From an uncultured Hormoscilla sp. (GTDB lineage: Bacteria; Cyanobacteriota; Cyanobacteriia; Cyanobacteriales; Desertifilaceae), in contig OZ001293.3 in the NCBI GenBank assembly GCA_963921275.4, positions 3,040,001-3,104,000 on the forward strand: DNA of 64,000 nt, in the 5' to 3' direction. Below are positions 12,183 to 23,112 of the stretch, piece after piece; within the stretch, counting starts at the first letter, position 1; the number at the start of each line of letters is the position of its first letter. The notes under the pieces are model-generated. The model had not been told where the DNA came from. It did no database searches and saw only the letters and a list, made by a program, of their open reading frames with translations. Position numbers and translations under genes: made by a program.

Positions 12183-13346
12183 GTGGACATTCAAATTGGG
12201 CGGGGCAAAACGGCTCGTAGAGCTTACGGAATCGATGAAATAGCCTTAGTGCCAGGAACTCGGACCTTAGATCCGAAGTTGGCAGACACCAGCTGGCGCA
12301 TCGGTGGCATCAAGCGAGAAATTCCCATCATCGCCAGTGCGATGGATAGTGTAGTAGATGTGAAGATGGCAGTCTCCCTATCTCAGTTGGGGGCATTAGG
12401 CGTGCTGAACTTAGAAGGAATTTATACTCGCTACCCCGATCCAGCACCAGTGCTAGACAAGATCGCTTCTGTAGGAAAAACAGAGTTTGTCTCCCTGATG
12501 CAGCAGCTATATGCTGAACCAATTCAACCAGAACTAATACGAGCGCGGATTGGAGAAATTAAAAGTCAGCATGGAATAGCAGCAGTCAGTGCGACTCCAG
12601 TAGGAGCGAGCAAATATGGCTCAATAGTAGCAGAGGCGGGTGCAAATCTATTCTTCGTGCAAGCAACGGTAGTCTCAACGACCCACCTGTCGCCGGAGTC
12701 AGTTACACCCCTAGACTTGGTCAAACTTTGTCAGGAAATGCCAGTACCAGTGATTGTGGGCAACTGCGTCACCTATGAAGTCGCCCTGAATTTGATGAAA
12801 GCAGATGCAGCAGCGGTGCTGATCGGTATAGGGCCTGGTGCAACCTGTACCTCTCGCGGCGTACTGGGTGTGGGAGTCCCCCAAGCAACGGCGATCGCCG
12901 ACTGTGCTGCGGCCCGGGATAGCTATTACCAGGAAACCAGCAACTACATCCCAGTAATTGCCGATGGCGGATTAATTACCGGAGGTGACATCTGCAAATG
13001 CATAGCCTGCGGTGCTGACGGCGTCATGATCGGTTCACCCCTAGCCAGAGCCAAAGAAGCCCCCGGACGGGGTTATCATTGGGGCATGGCCACTCCCAGT
13101 CCCGTTTTACCTCGGGGCACGCGCATTAGCGTCGGCGCAACCGGTACCTTAGCAGAAATCCTCACTGGTCCAGCAAGACTGGATGACGGCACCCATAACC
13201 TCTTGGGGGCCTTAAAAACTAGCATGGGCACAGTGGGAGCGAAGAATATCAAAGAAATGCAGCAAGTAGAGGTAGTGATCGCACCCTCCTTGCTGACCGA
13301 AGGAAAAGTCTATCAAAAAGCCCAGCAGCTAGGCATGGGTAAATAG
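12183..13346 (+). CDS. guaB: IMP dehydrogenase family protein (cyanobacterial GuaB3 type)
   Basis: [41 protein letters not shown]. Confidence 0.95.
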   Translation: MDIQIGRGKTARRAYGIDEIALVPGTRTLDPKLADTSWRIGGIKREIPIIASAMDSVVDVKMAVSLSQLGALGVLNLEGIYTRYPDPAPVLDKIASVGKTEFVSLMQQLYAEPIQPELIRARIGEIKSQHGIAAVSATPVGASKYGSIVAEAGANLFFVQATVVSTTHLSPESVTPLDLVKLCQEMPVPVIVGNCVTYEVALNLMKADAAAVLIGIGPGATCTSRGVLGVGVPQATAIADCAAARDSYYQETSNYIPVIADGGLITGGDICKCIACGADGVMIGSPLARAKEAPGRGYHWGMATPSPVLPRGTRISVGATGTLAEILTGPARLDDGTHNLLGALKTSMGTVGAKNIKEMQQVEVVIAPSLLTEGKVYQKAQQLGMGK

Positions 13347-13411
13347 ACTTACCGGCTGACCAGATTGACAGAATCGGGGGCAAAACTAAATCCGTAGTCT
13401 AACATGGAGAT

Positions 13412-13486
13412 AGCGGAGACGCATGTTTCCGTTCACTCCTCACACCACACTCCGTCTGAACTGCGGTTCGGGCGGTTCTTTCTTTT
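13412..13486 (+). ncRNA. yfr1: Yfr1 small RNA
   Basis: Ultraconserved ACTCCTCACAC (13435-13445) between a 5' hairpin and a terminator hairpin, in the canonical guaB-trxA position. Confidence 0.93.
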
Positions 13487-13918
13487 CTAGGGGCGATCGG
13501 CTGCTTTCAGGGATCGGTGCTGATATAAACAAACCACTTTGCTAAAATATGCTAAAGTGGAAACATGACGATGGATAGAGGAGTCCCGCTCCAGCTATCG
13601 GCAGTCAAACTCCCACCGAATATATCATCTCTTTGTCTGGGGCAATAGATTGCGACTGCCCCCAACAAGGGGATAATGGTTGTGGAATCTACCGGTGACG
13701 GGAGAAGCCGGTTGGGGGCCTGATGTGCGATCGGGCCAGTAACCCTAGATGCCGCAAGCGCAAACAAAAGTCAAGAGTGCCATCAGACTCTTGACTTTTC
13801 CCGGTCGCACAGGTTAGAGTGAGAAAAAGCCTATTCTTAGGTTTTCACCAAGCCCCTTCGATCCAGGGAAATGTCAAGATAAACCTTATAAGTGCAAGAT
13901 AGGAAAGGATTGCCAGAA

Positions 13919-14257
13919 ATGTCAGCAACCACACAAGTTACAGACGGAAACTTTCAGGAAGAGGTACTAGACAGTGGAATTCCCGTTTTAGTAGATTTTT
14001 GGGCTCCTTGGTGCGGACCATGTCGGATGGTGTCACCTGTGGTAGATGAAATAGCAGAGCAGTACGACGGAAAGGTGAAGGTCGTTAAAGTTAATACAGA
14101 CGAGAATGCCAACATCGCTACCCAGTATGGGATCCGCAGTATTCCCACACTCATGATCTTTAAGGGTGGTCAACGAGTGGATATGGTAGTAGGTGCTGTG
14201 CCCAAGAGTACGCTGGCGGATACTTTGGAAAAGCATCTTAAAAAAGATGAGGAGTAG
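13919..14257 (+). CDS. trxA: Thioredoxin (m-type)
   Basis: WCGPC active site; start chosen at MSATTQ. Confidence 0.97.
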   Translation: MSATTQVTDGNFQEEVLDSGIPVLVDFWAPWCGPCRMVSPVVDEIAEQYDGKVKVVKVNTDENANIATQYGIRSIPTLMIFKGGQRVDMVVGAVPKSTLADTLEKHLKKDEE

Positions 14258-14409
14258 CTACCATCAGTTTGGTCGGGAAAGAGTGCTTCTAACTCGCCCA
14301 GTTGCGTAAGCGCCTTGAAGCTATACAGCGCATTCGAGGCGATTTTCGGCTCGGAACTGTCACAGAGTAAAATCATCATCTAATTCTCAGGAACTGGCAT
14401 CTCTCCAGG

Positions 14410-14556
14410 CGGATGTGGCCCAATTAATTAACTAGCTGCCTTCCTTACAGCATGGCAAATGGATCCAGCGGGCCCTAGTCACACTGGTGCAGATGGCTGG
14501 ATCCGAAATAGACCGGTTGGATTGGAAAATCCTGACAGCATCCATGCAAGAGCAGT
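14410..14556 (+). pseudogene. LOG-family protein, N-terminal remnant
   Basis: DVAQLIN*LPSLQHGKWIQRALVTLVQMAGSEIDRLDWKILTASMQ; typical gene downstream of trxA; cut by the IS607 element. Confidence 0.65.
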
Positions 14557-14559
14557 GAC

Positions 14560-16475
14560 TAAGTGCGCCGAAACTTACGCATCTCTCATATTCAGGCCAA
14601 ATTTCAGTACGAGAGTCAGGAGATATAGGTAGCGAAAGTAATCTATTATTTCCGTGTTTATGCTAGACAAGGCGGGCACTTGAAGGGAGTAGAGTTTCAA
14701 AGTATGAAACTAACTAAACTAATGAGGTCAAGTAGAAGAGGAGCATAACTGCAGGGAAAGGAAAATCACGTCGTACCGGACGTCAAGAAAGCAGTGCCGC
14801 TTCCTCAAAAAAGAAATTGCGCATATTACTCTGGAGCAAACTGCCAACTACAACTGTCAGCTATAGGAGAGTCTCAAATTATTCCCAACGTAACGCTCTT
14901 GAGCGACAACTTGCACACCCTGTGTTTCTACTATGCAACAGCGGAGTTCATTTAAAAAATTGTCGAACGGCTTAATTTTAGACGGCGACAATTTTGAGCC
15001 ATTCCGGAACGAATTGTTATCCAGGATATCCAGCGGATTGTCATTACCCACACCAGATAACTCTACTGGTTCAGATGAGAACTGGTTGAGCACTTATGTC
15101 AACACAATGGGGTCTTCATCTTGGTTCTCAACTCGTGCGGTCTCAGTCCAAAGCATGAGCAAGTACCGGATATGCTGTCCATCGGAAGTTGCTTCAGTTA
15201 AGGGCTATACGGCACAGAGCAGTATCGAAAAGAAGAAATCCATGAGCTACGGAAAGAATCCGTTTAAGCGCAGCAAAAATATTACGCCGAACAGCGTTCT
15301 CAAAATTCCGTTGTTTCCAGAACCAGAATTGCATAAGATTTGGAAAAAATGGCTAGCAGTATACCGTTGGGTTTACAACCAGTGTGTGGAATTCTATAAC
15401 AATGGACGAGCGCTGTCAGAGAGGCAATCTTTAGACCAGTACATACAGCAGTTGCAAAATTTGCCCGAAAACGACTGGACTAAGTGCCTCGGTAATACTA
15501 GGCAAGAAGCTGTTTGTGAAGCTCAAAATGCCAGTCGTCAATCACGCCAAGCTAATGGCGGCAAGTGTTTCCTGAGTTTCCGCTCTTGTAAAAACAAGTC
15601 CCAGGCTATCCAGTTCAAGAACAGTGCATACAAAAATGGAACGTGGTTCCGCTCGGAGATTAGGAACTTACAATTCGCAATTGCTAAAGGCTACGAGTTA
15701 CCAGCTAACTGTGTATACGGAACTGAGTTACTCTATCAAAGAGGACAGTGGTTTGCTTGCTTTCCGCAATACATCCGGGAGGTAACGACAGGCTCTGATC
15801 GCGTAATTGCTCTAGACCCAGGTAACCGTACTTTCCTAACTGGCTACGATGGAGAGAACATCTTAGAGATTGGCAGGGAAGACATCGGGCGGCTGACGAG
15901 GCTCTGCCTGCACCTCGACAAACTCGTTGGAAGAAAGATGAAAGCCACGGGTAAAGTAAACAAGCGGTTTCGGTACAAGTTGAGCAAAGCAATTGATCGG
16001 CAGAGGTCTCAGATTCGAGCGCTGGTGGATGACCTACATCGGAAGGCTGCTAGCCTGCTTGTCAACAGTTACAAACTGATATTTTTACCCACTTACAAAA
16101 CTTCTCAAATGGTTGTTAAAGCCAACCGCAAGATTAATCGGAAGTCGGTTAGAAATATGTTGACTTGGGCTATGAGCAGATTTGCCTCTCATCTGGAGCA
16201 AGCAGCTAAGAGAAAAGGAGTGCTGGTCGTCCGCTGTAACGAGGCTTATACTAGCAAAACTTGCCCCAAATGTGGTCACATCCACAAGCAACTTGGTGGC
16301 TCCAAAGTTCACAAATGTCAGGCTTGCGGTCATAAAGCACCGCGAGATTGGGTAGGCGCTCTCAACATAATTTGAGAGCTTTGCAGGCTGTCTCCTTCGA
16401 TGTTAGAGATGGCGTTATCACCATTTCTGATGCCGATGTTGTACTTGCACAGGGCGTTTATTAGCTTTGTGAGGG
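14560..16475 (+). mobile_element. IS607-family element (degenerate serine-recombinase tnpA + tnpB); ends approximate
   Basis: TnpA remnants GKITSYRT...TVSYRRVSNYSQRNALERQ at ~14758-14915, then tnpB; lies between the two halves of the LOG gene. Confidence 0.75.
14933..16375 (+). CDS. tnpB: TnpB RNA-guided endonuclease, IS607 type; true start uncertain, last residues possibly frameshifted
   Basis: RWVYNQ, IALDPG, CNEAYTSKTCPKCG, CQACG, RDWVGALNI. Confidence 0.9.
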   Translation: MQQRSSFKKLSNGLILDGDNFEPFRNELLSRISSGLSLPTPDNSTGSDENWLSTYVNTMGSSSWFSTRAVSVQSMSKYRICCPSEVASVKGYTAQSSIEKKKSMSYGKNPFKRSKNITPNSVLKIPLFPEPELHKIWKKWLAVYRWVYNQCVEFYNNGRALSERQSLDQYIQQLQNLPENDWTKCLGNTRQEAVCEAQNASRQSRQANGGKCFLSFRSCKNKSQAIQFKNSAYKNGTWFRSEIRNLQFAIAKGYELPANCVYGTELLYQRGQWFACFPQYIREVTTGSDRVIALDPGNRTFLTGYDGENILEIGREDIGRLTRLCLHLDKLVGRKMKATGKVNKRFRYKLSKAIDRQRSQIRALVDDLHRKAASLLVNSYKLIFLPTYKTSQMVVKANRKINRKSVRNMLTWAMSRFASHLEQAAKRKGVLVVRCNEAYTSKTCPKCGHIHKQLGGSKVHKCQACGHKAPRDWVGALNII

Positions 16476-16488
16476 TTAAAGACAGCAC

Positions 16489-16863
16489 ATGGACCCTGAT
16501 GAGGATTTAAGTTTGTATAAGATTACAGATAAATTGGATGTCGCCTGTGAGACAATCAGCCATTTTTACCGGGTCTTTCACTCCAGCCGCTACGTGAAAG
16601 AAAAATTAGTCATCCGGCTGAAAGAAGAACTAAAAGATGTCGATATTGAGCAGTTAAATGCTGAGTTTAGCGACATCCTCGTATCCGGAGCCATAGAAAA
16701 GACTAAAGCCTTACCAGCAGAATCTCAAGACGATACCATTGATTTACCCCGCCTGGTTTTACATTTTAATCAGCGAAATTTTGGACGCTTATACCATCTG
16801 ATTGCTAAGATAAATCAGATGGGAGTTCCCTCACCGGCATTGGAGCATCCAGAAAAAAAATAA
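16489..16863 (+). pseudogene. LOG-family protein, C-terminal remnant
   Basis: DLSLYKITD...FYRVFHSSRYV...FNQRNFGRLYHLI; the central catalytic part of the gene is missing. Confidence 0.7.
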
Positions 16864-17016
16864 CTCAAGTTGCTACCTATAAAAATTTCTACGTCCGAAA
16901 CAGCCATTTTTTGCAAATTTATCCACAAAAATGCCATTTTGGGGTAATTTACAAGGTAATATCGGATCATATAGGTTGATTTTGACGTTGATTTTCTATC
17001 TTGTTGCAACTTAGGT
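16863..17016. mobile_element. 154-bp MITE with IS982-type ends
   Basis: Ends ACTCAAGTTGCTACCTAT...GCAACTTAGGT match the IS982 at 30374-31385; near-perfect 8-bp TSD AAAAAATA/TAAAAATA. Confidence 0.85.
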
Positions 17017-17213
17017 TAAAAATAATTTTGCACAACTACTTACCTAATCTATCTGAGAAACGCTATATTTCAGATACATCAGTAGACCATTGCCGAAACT
17101 AGGGTTCGTAGTTGCGCACATAGCGCCTATATGCTCTGCGGTTGGCGCTAAAGCGCAACAACTTCCCTTAGATTACAGGTATTACCAGGATTTGATATCA
17201 CTGGTCACTGACA

Positions 17214-18896
17214 CTAGGGATGGATATGACCATTGGGCAAGATGGCACCTTTAATATGAGCACCTTCAAGGTCAGCACCCCGGAGGTAGGCATCTTCGAG
17301 GTTAGCACCCTGGAGACGAGCACCCCATAAGTGAGCACGCCGCAGGTCTGCACCCTTAAGATCGGCATTGCTGAGATTAGCCCGCTTGAGATCGGCACCC
17401 CGCAAGTCGGCACCAGAGAGGTCCGCATTCCCTAGCTGGGCACGCCCTAGTTTAGCACCCTCCAGATGGGCCCCCTCCAAGTTGGCACGCCATAATTTGG
17501 CATCTCCTAAGTATGCTTCCTTCAGGTAGGCATCTTCTAGGTAGGCATCTGGGAGTTTAGCATGCCCGATGTAAGCACCCCGGAGGTCAGCATTTCCCAG
17601 ATCGGCACCTTGGAGGTTAGCATTTCCCAGATTGGCACCTGTAAGATAGGCCGATCCCAGGTCAGCACCCTGCAGGTTGGCGCCAGCAAGGTCAGCGCCT
17701 CGCAGATTAGCGCCTCGTAGATTAGCTCCAGCGAGGTTGGCACCCGCTAGTTTCATACCCCGGAGATTAGCACCTCTGAGATCGCAGTTGGTACATTGAC
17801 GATTATCCAGCAACCGGTGATGGATATTTTTAGAAGTTGTCAGATGCCTGTGATGTTGTTGGATGTTGTGATGATGCAGCGCTGTTTCATATAAAGCAGG
17901 TTCGTTTCGCAACAGGATCGGAGCTCGACCCATAAGAGATAAACTACCCAGGGTGGCTAGTGCGACCACAGCTGCTCCGGTAGAGAATTGAAGGCTGTTG
18001 ACTAGCATGCCTCGGGAAGTGCTTAGGCCGACAACATCAATAGGTCGCAGTGCTTTTAGGGCAATTGCGGCATTGGCAAAGCGATGTTTGGGGTTAGGTG
18101 CCGTCATTTTTTCTAGCCAGCGGATAAACTGACGATTTACCCTTGGCACCAAATGCTTGAAGTTGAGGCGAAAAGACCCATCAACTAAATTGCCGATTTC
18201 CGTTGATTTCGTGTTAGTCAGCAAGCAGATCATGGTCGCACCCAGACTGTAAAGGTCCGATGCTGCCGTCAGCTGGCGATTAAACAGCTTTTCTGGAGGC
18301 ATAAATCCTAAAGTGCCTTTGACAGCGCTGCTAGCGGCCACTTCCGATTTTTCCGGAACGGTGCCTCCATTGCGGGCAAAGCCAAAATCTACCAGGTAAA
18401 CCTTGAGGTTTTGCCAACGATCGACCAGGATATTTTCAGGTTTAATATCTTGATGGATGATGGGAGGGTTCAGTGATTGTAAGTAAATCAGCACTTCTAA
18501 GATAGCACAGCCAATCTGCTTAATTTCCTGGGGGGTCCAGGGGTAAGGTTCGGCTAAAGAGGGTGCCTGTTTGTATTCCTGCACCATACAGAAGCCCGTT
18601 GGGGTGGCGAAAGAATCCAGATAGCAGGGGATGCTGGGATGATTGAGTTGTTGCAGTACCCGAATTTCCTGCTCATAGGCGTCGTAGTCTGACCAGCTGG
18701 AGGCTGCCTGAGCAAAATTGAACTGTTTAATCACCACGGCTTCAGCACGGGAGCATCTCCGGGCCAGTGCTTGTGGGGTCTCTGGCGAAATGGGACTTCT
18801 ACTCGCCAGGTAAGTAACGCGACCACAGGTGCGATTTTGCCCCAGTTCCCGTTCGACTTGATAGTTGTGGCTGGAGAAATCTGGTAAGTTATTCAT
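17214..18896 (-). CDS. Ser/Thr protein kinase with C-terminal pentapeptide repeats
   Basis: VVIKQF, IIHQDIKPENIL, VDFG, GTLGFMPPE; TM segment; A(D/N)L repeats. Confidence 0.92.
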   Translation of the reverse strand: MNNLPDFSSHNYQVERELGQNRTCGRVTYLASRSPISPETPQALARRCSRAEAVVIKQFNFAQAASSWSDYDAYEQEIRVLQQLNHPSIPCYLDSFATPTGFCMVQEYKQAPSLAEPYPWTPQEIKQIGCAILEVLIYLQSLNPPIIHQDIKPENILVDRWQNLKVYLVDFGFARNGGTVPEKSEVAASSAVKGTLGFMPPEKLFNRQLTAASDLYSLGATMICLLTNTKSTEIGNLVDGSFRLNFKHLVPRVNRQFIRWLEKMTAPNPKHRFANAAIALKALRPIDVVGLSTSRGMLVNSLQFSTGAAVVALATLGSLSLMGRAPILLRNEPALYETALHHHNIQQHHRHLTTSKNIHHRLLDNRQCTNCDLRGANLRGMKLAGANLAGANLRGANLRGADLAGANLQGADLGSAYLTGANLGNANLQGADLGNADLRGAYIGHAKLPDAYLEDAYLKEAYLGDAKLWRANLEGAHLEGAKLGRAQLGNADLSGADLRGADLKRANLSNADLKGADLRRAHLWGARLQGANLEDAYLRGADLEGAHIKGAILPNGHIHP

Positions 18897-19180
18897 AGGC
18901 CGATGGATGCTGGTTGCGATTAGGCTTATTTACCATTTTGCCAGGAAAATCCCGATCTGGCACCAAAAATTTTCTTGGTTTAGCGCCAGGGGTGATGCTG
19001 GGGCTAAACCAAGCGTATTTTTCCTGCCTGAGCGGAGTAATTCAACAAACCTATGTCAAGTTTTGTTAACAACCGCCACATACATCTTCCAGAAAGACGT
19101 TCATTTATGTTTACACTTCTTAACATAGACCTGTTTATTTTCACCTGTCTACTTAGGGCGAACAGAGAAAAATCGCTCTA

Positions 19181-21395
19181 CTATAGCCAAAACTGCCGAT
19201 CGCCCTCCAGCATGCCGGTGGGATTTATACCGTGTAACCGCAGATAAGCCATGCGATCGGATCCATAGAGTGGCATGGGCAAGCGTGGCGATTTTAACGC
19301 GCCATGATGCAACAATGTCAGTTTCAGGGTAGCTTCTACTACAGTTTCGATCGATACTTGGTGTCCTTGTTCATGCACCGTCAAACGCAGGGGACGCGCC
19401 AAACCAACATTAGCAGAAACCTCAGTCGTTATGACAATAGCTTCCCGATCGGATAAGCGAAGTGCCAATCCCTTTTTTGGTGCAGTCACTACTTTCTGGT
19501 TCAGATTGTACAGTCGAGGAACGTAAGACTTTCTGCACTCCACTAAAATAAACTTCGAGTCAATTGCCTTTGCCCATTCCAATAAATTATCAACTTCATT
19601 GCCACAAAAACGTCCGTCCCGGTAGATCAGAACAGTTTTGCGTTGCAGTTGAGATGCAGGTAGCAAGGTGTTCAAAAGCTGTGCTGGAATTTCTTCTCCT
19701 TCAATTATCGCATCTTCCAGATGGTAGCGAATGAACTCTCCTCGCCGTCCATAAACACGAATGCTTGCACAGGCATTTTGACTTCCGGATACGTTCTTTT
19801 TGGCAACTCGGGAAATATCCAAGCCAACGAAATAATCCGCGACCTCTAAAGGTTCAGCTAGAATGAAAGGCAAGTTCCCCAGTTTTGCCAGAACCCCTGG
19901 AATCACCTGATTGAGAACGTAGTTGGTTTGCACCTTCAAGGTTTCCTCATAAATCACTTGGCTCAATCCCGCGTCGAAGCAACCGCGAGTATACCCAATA
20001 ATATAGACTGCCGTCCTCTTCCCGATCGGAGTGGCGATCGCTCTCGGGCAAAAAGGTAAAAACAATGTCAGGGGTCGGCACAAGCAATTCATCAAGCGCT
20101 TTTTCAACTTCCGCTTTTGCCTTTGCAGCACTCAACTCCTTGACTGACAACTGCTTCGTATTAATAATTTTGCTCTCAAAATCATAGCGTTTTAGCTGTT
20201 CTTGAACTTTCTTGAGAAATGGAGTTAGCTTGCGATCGCATAATTTCAGAGCTGCAATACGGATTTGTTGCTGATTATCTCGGTATTCATCGTGACGGCG
20301 ATAAACACCTCCTGTAGACAAACCATTGAGAATTTTACCTGAGGCGCGAGTAACCTTTTTCCCGAAAAGAAGTGGGGTTTGCTCCAGGGGAGTCGATGGT
20401 TGCCAGAATAAAGATGGGGAATCTTTGCTGTTGATACTACGCTGTAGCTCAAATCCATAGGCTGCTAGAGCAGGATTCGCTATTTTCTTGGAGGAGTCAA
20501 CCAATAGTTGTTGCCGCTGTTCATGGGAAATTTTAGTTTTCTCGATCAATTTTCCATATTCCACCTCAAAACTCGCAGCTGTTTCAGAGGTAATGCAAGG
20601 ACGTAAAGCCGCCATCGCATAGTAATACGGCTTCCCATTCTTGCCAAATTGTACCCCCACCAAGGGTTGATTGTCAGGCGCATCTCGCAGTGCTTGTTTG
20701 CTGACTGCACCTGTCGCCTTTTCGATTAATTTTTCCCGGTGTTCTCCAATTTTGCCGACAATAGCGCCAATAGTACCGCTACCTCCAGATTCAATGTTTT
20801 GAACTTTCAAACCAATTAAAAGTTCTTGAGGATTTTGCCGGAAGGGATGATTATTGTAGAAATCAGCCAAGTTCCCCTTATAGAGGATACTGCTGCGAAC
20901 CGTTATAGTTACAGCAGGCCGTAATTTACCGTCGAGTTCGATGGTTTCTGACCAAATATCAACCTCGCGCCTGACTTCAACTCCTTTGTCAGAGAAAACC
21001 ACAGGTTGCTCGAATTTTGTTTCCCTTAAGACTTGAACGGCCAGTTGAGCTATAATTAAAGGAGTTTCCTTTGGCTCGCGCACCCCTTGAAATGACCAGT
21101 AGCGATCGCCAATCTCATCTTTTAAATCTTCTTGGATATTTTCGAGTGCCTTTTTCAATTCAGCTTTGTCTGGCATAGTACTACCTGGTTTGGCTAAAAT
21201 CCAAAAATATGATTTTTCCCAGATAGCAACTATATCGGGAAACTGGCGACTAAACCGGAAAGCTAAGCGGTTTCCCTCCTGCCGTTCCACTTCAGGTGTC
21301 AGTCGAAAACAGATTAAATTCGGCTGCGAGATAGTTAAGGGGAAAATCTCGCTCAAAAAGATGGGAGATGTCTGAACTTGAACTTGAGTAGTCAT
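19181..21395 (-). pseudogene. ago: Long prokaryotic Argonaute (N-PAZ-MID-PIWI, ~738 aa if repaired), frameshifted near 19964
   Basis: ...LLRRGI|SQVIYEE joint across two ORFs; AKLGNLPFIL, VGLDISR, IIEGEEIP, IYRDGRF, RLPMPLYGSDRMA give a candidate DEDD tetrad. Confidence 0.9.
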
Positions 21396-22206
21396 GCGGA
21401 AACCTCAGAAACAGAAAATTTACAAATGGAATTAAAGGCACAGTAGCGACAAGCAAAACCGGGGTTTGGTGGAAAAACGTTTGCGAAGCAAGCAGAGTTT
21501 TGTCGGTAACGTCTCAAATCTTGCTGATGCTGTTTGGCTATTTGTGTCAACTCGCTCTGAATGGCTCGCAGTTGGGCATTTGTCGCCTTAATATCCTCAG
21601 ACGCTTTACCGGTTTCCAAGTTATAGAAAGAGGCGATCGCTGGTTGTTGCGGATAGAGATAGCGGGCGGCTAGCAGGTAAACAAATGCCTGTCGGCGGTC
21701 AAAATCTGATTTACCCGTCTTGAAGTCTAAAATATGCAGCGTGCCGTCAGGCTCAGTAAAAATACAGTCGATCGCCGCAAAGAGGTTAAAGAAATAGTTC
21801 CCTTCCCGGATTAAAATAGGTGTGGGATATCCCTCATCACCTCGACGATGTTCTTCCCAAGGAGAATAGGATTTTCACGGTACTTTTTGAGGATGGCAGT
21901 CACTCGCGCCTGAACTGTAGCTGACTCTTGAGACAATTGCAAAATCTCTGCCACTTGCTCGACAGCATCTTTTCTGTACAAGATCGGGGAGTTCTGATGA
22001 AACTCGTAAACCCCCTTTTGGGCGAGAATGCCAATCCGCTGAGCTGTGTTGTCTTGCTCCAAGAGCGCTTTAACTTGGGGTTCTTTCTTGCGAGCCTTAG
22101 TGAAACCCCGCTTCATATCACAGTGCCAGTATTCCTGTCCTACTGGTGGAGAAAACAAAGACCAGAGATTATAACTGGCAAATTGCCAAATTTTATTTTC
22201 GATCAT
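21392..22206 (-). pseudogene. Cas4-like PD-(D/E)xK nuclease with Fe-S cysteines (Argonaute-associated, ACE1-like), frameshifted near 21848
   Basis: N-terminal HCDMKRGF; after the shift RGDEGYP...AIDCIF...ILDFKTG...QAFVYLL...[10 protein letters not shown]; stop overlaps the ago start (ATGA). Confidence 0.85.
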
Positions 22207-22291
22207 ATATCACATCTCACTTTTTTTGTCAACCAATTCTGCTGAACAGCTGAACAGACGCTCCAGCATGAAAAGGAGAGGGTTTCGGTCT

Positions 22292-22906
22292 CATAGGGCC
22301 AAGTATGAGCTGCCCTGGCCGAGGTAGCAAACCACCGGCGTTACGTTGACTGATTTAGCCAACCAACGACGATGCTAACTTATGTTGACTAATATCGTCA
22401 ACTCAGAGGATGAAAACCTTGCCATAGGGCCAAGTACAAGCTGCCCTTGCCGGGGTAGCCACCGATTTAGTTGACTAATTTAGCCAACCCGCTTCGATGC
22501 TAACTTATGTTGACTAATATCGTCAATCCAGAGGATGAAAACCTTGCCATAGGGGTTAAGCACAAGCAGCCCTGGCTGAGGTAGCCACCGGTTTAGTTAA
22601 CTAATTTAGCCAACCCGCTTCGATGCTAACTTATGTTGACTAATATCGTCAACCCAGAGGATGAAAACCTTGCCATAGGGGTTAAGCACAAGCAGCCCTG
22701 GCCGAGGTAGCCACCGGTTTAGTTGACTAATTTAGCCAACTCGCTCCGATACTAACTTAGGTTGACTAATATCGTCAACCTAGAGGATGAAAACCTTGCC
22801 ATAGGGCCAAGCACAAGCAGCCCTGGCCGAGGTAGCCACCGGTTTAGTTGACTAATTTAGCCAACTCGCTCCGATGCTAACTCATATTGACTAATATCGT
22901 CAACCC
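22292..22906. repeat. Tandem array of five ~125-bp units (131, 125, 126, 126 and ~107 bp)
   Basis: Units start CATAGGG at 22292, 22423, 22548, 22674, 22800; each has GTTGACTAATTTAGCCAAC and GTTGACTAATATCGTCAAC (minor variants) 20 bp apart. Confidence 0.97.
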
Positions 22907-22916
22907 TTAGTATGAT
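22887..22916 (+). promoter_or_regulatory. Putative sigma70 promoter for the XRE/ImmA operon, overlapping the last palindrome
   Basis: TTGACT-N18-TATGAT. Confidence 0.6.
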
Positions 22917-22929
22917 TAGTAAGTAAGTA

Positions 22930-23083
22930 ACCTAGGTTGCTACCTATAGAACCTCAAAACCTTGCATTAGCCAAAATTGGCAAAAATTGCCTTGTGATTT
23001 ACCCTAAAATGGCATTTTTGCGGAGAAATTCACCAAAAATGGCTGTTTGGGACGTAGAAATTTTTATAGGTAGCAACTTGAGT
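22930..23083. mobile_element. 154-bp IS982-type MITE, inverted relative to 16863-17016
   Basis: Ends ACCTAGGTTGCTACCTAT...ATAGGTAGCAACTTGAGT; interior is a diverged reverse complement of the 16.9-kb copy; no clear TSD. Confidence 0.85.
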
Positions 23084-23112
23084 TAATGATTTAAGTAAGT
23101 AGGGAAAAAACC

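Noticed and set aside
17250..17790. DNA repeat array (also 8000-8290)
   Set aside because: The 15-bp periodicity is explained by pentapeptide-repeat coding
22409..22810. Micro-ORFs in each array unit (MKTLP on plus, ~16-aa MARFSSSG on minus)
   Set aside because: Poor RBS spacing and no evidence of coding constraint; cannot be supported without ribosome profiling
22292..22906. CRISPR array next to a Cas4-like gene
   Set aside because: Units are similar along their full length with no unique spacers; no cas1/cas2 in the window
16863..23083. Composite transposon of two inverted MITEs carrying kinase-ago-cas4
   Set aside because: The left MITE has its own TSD, the outer flanks share no TSD, and the right MITE splits a promoter from its gene; independent insertions are simpler
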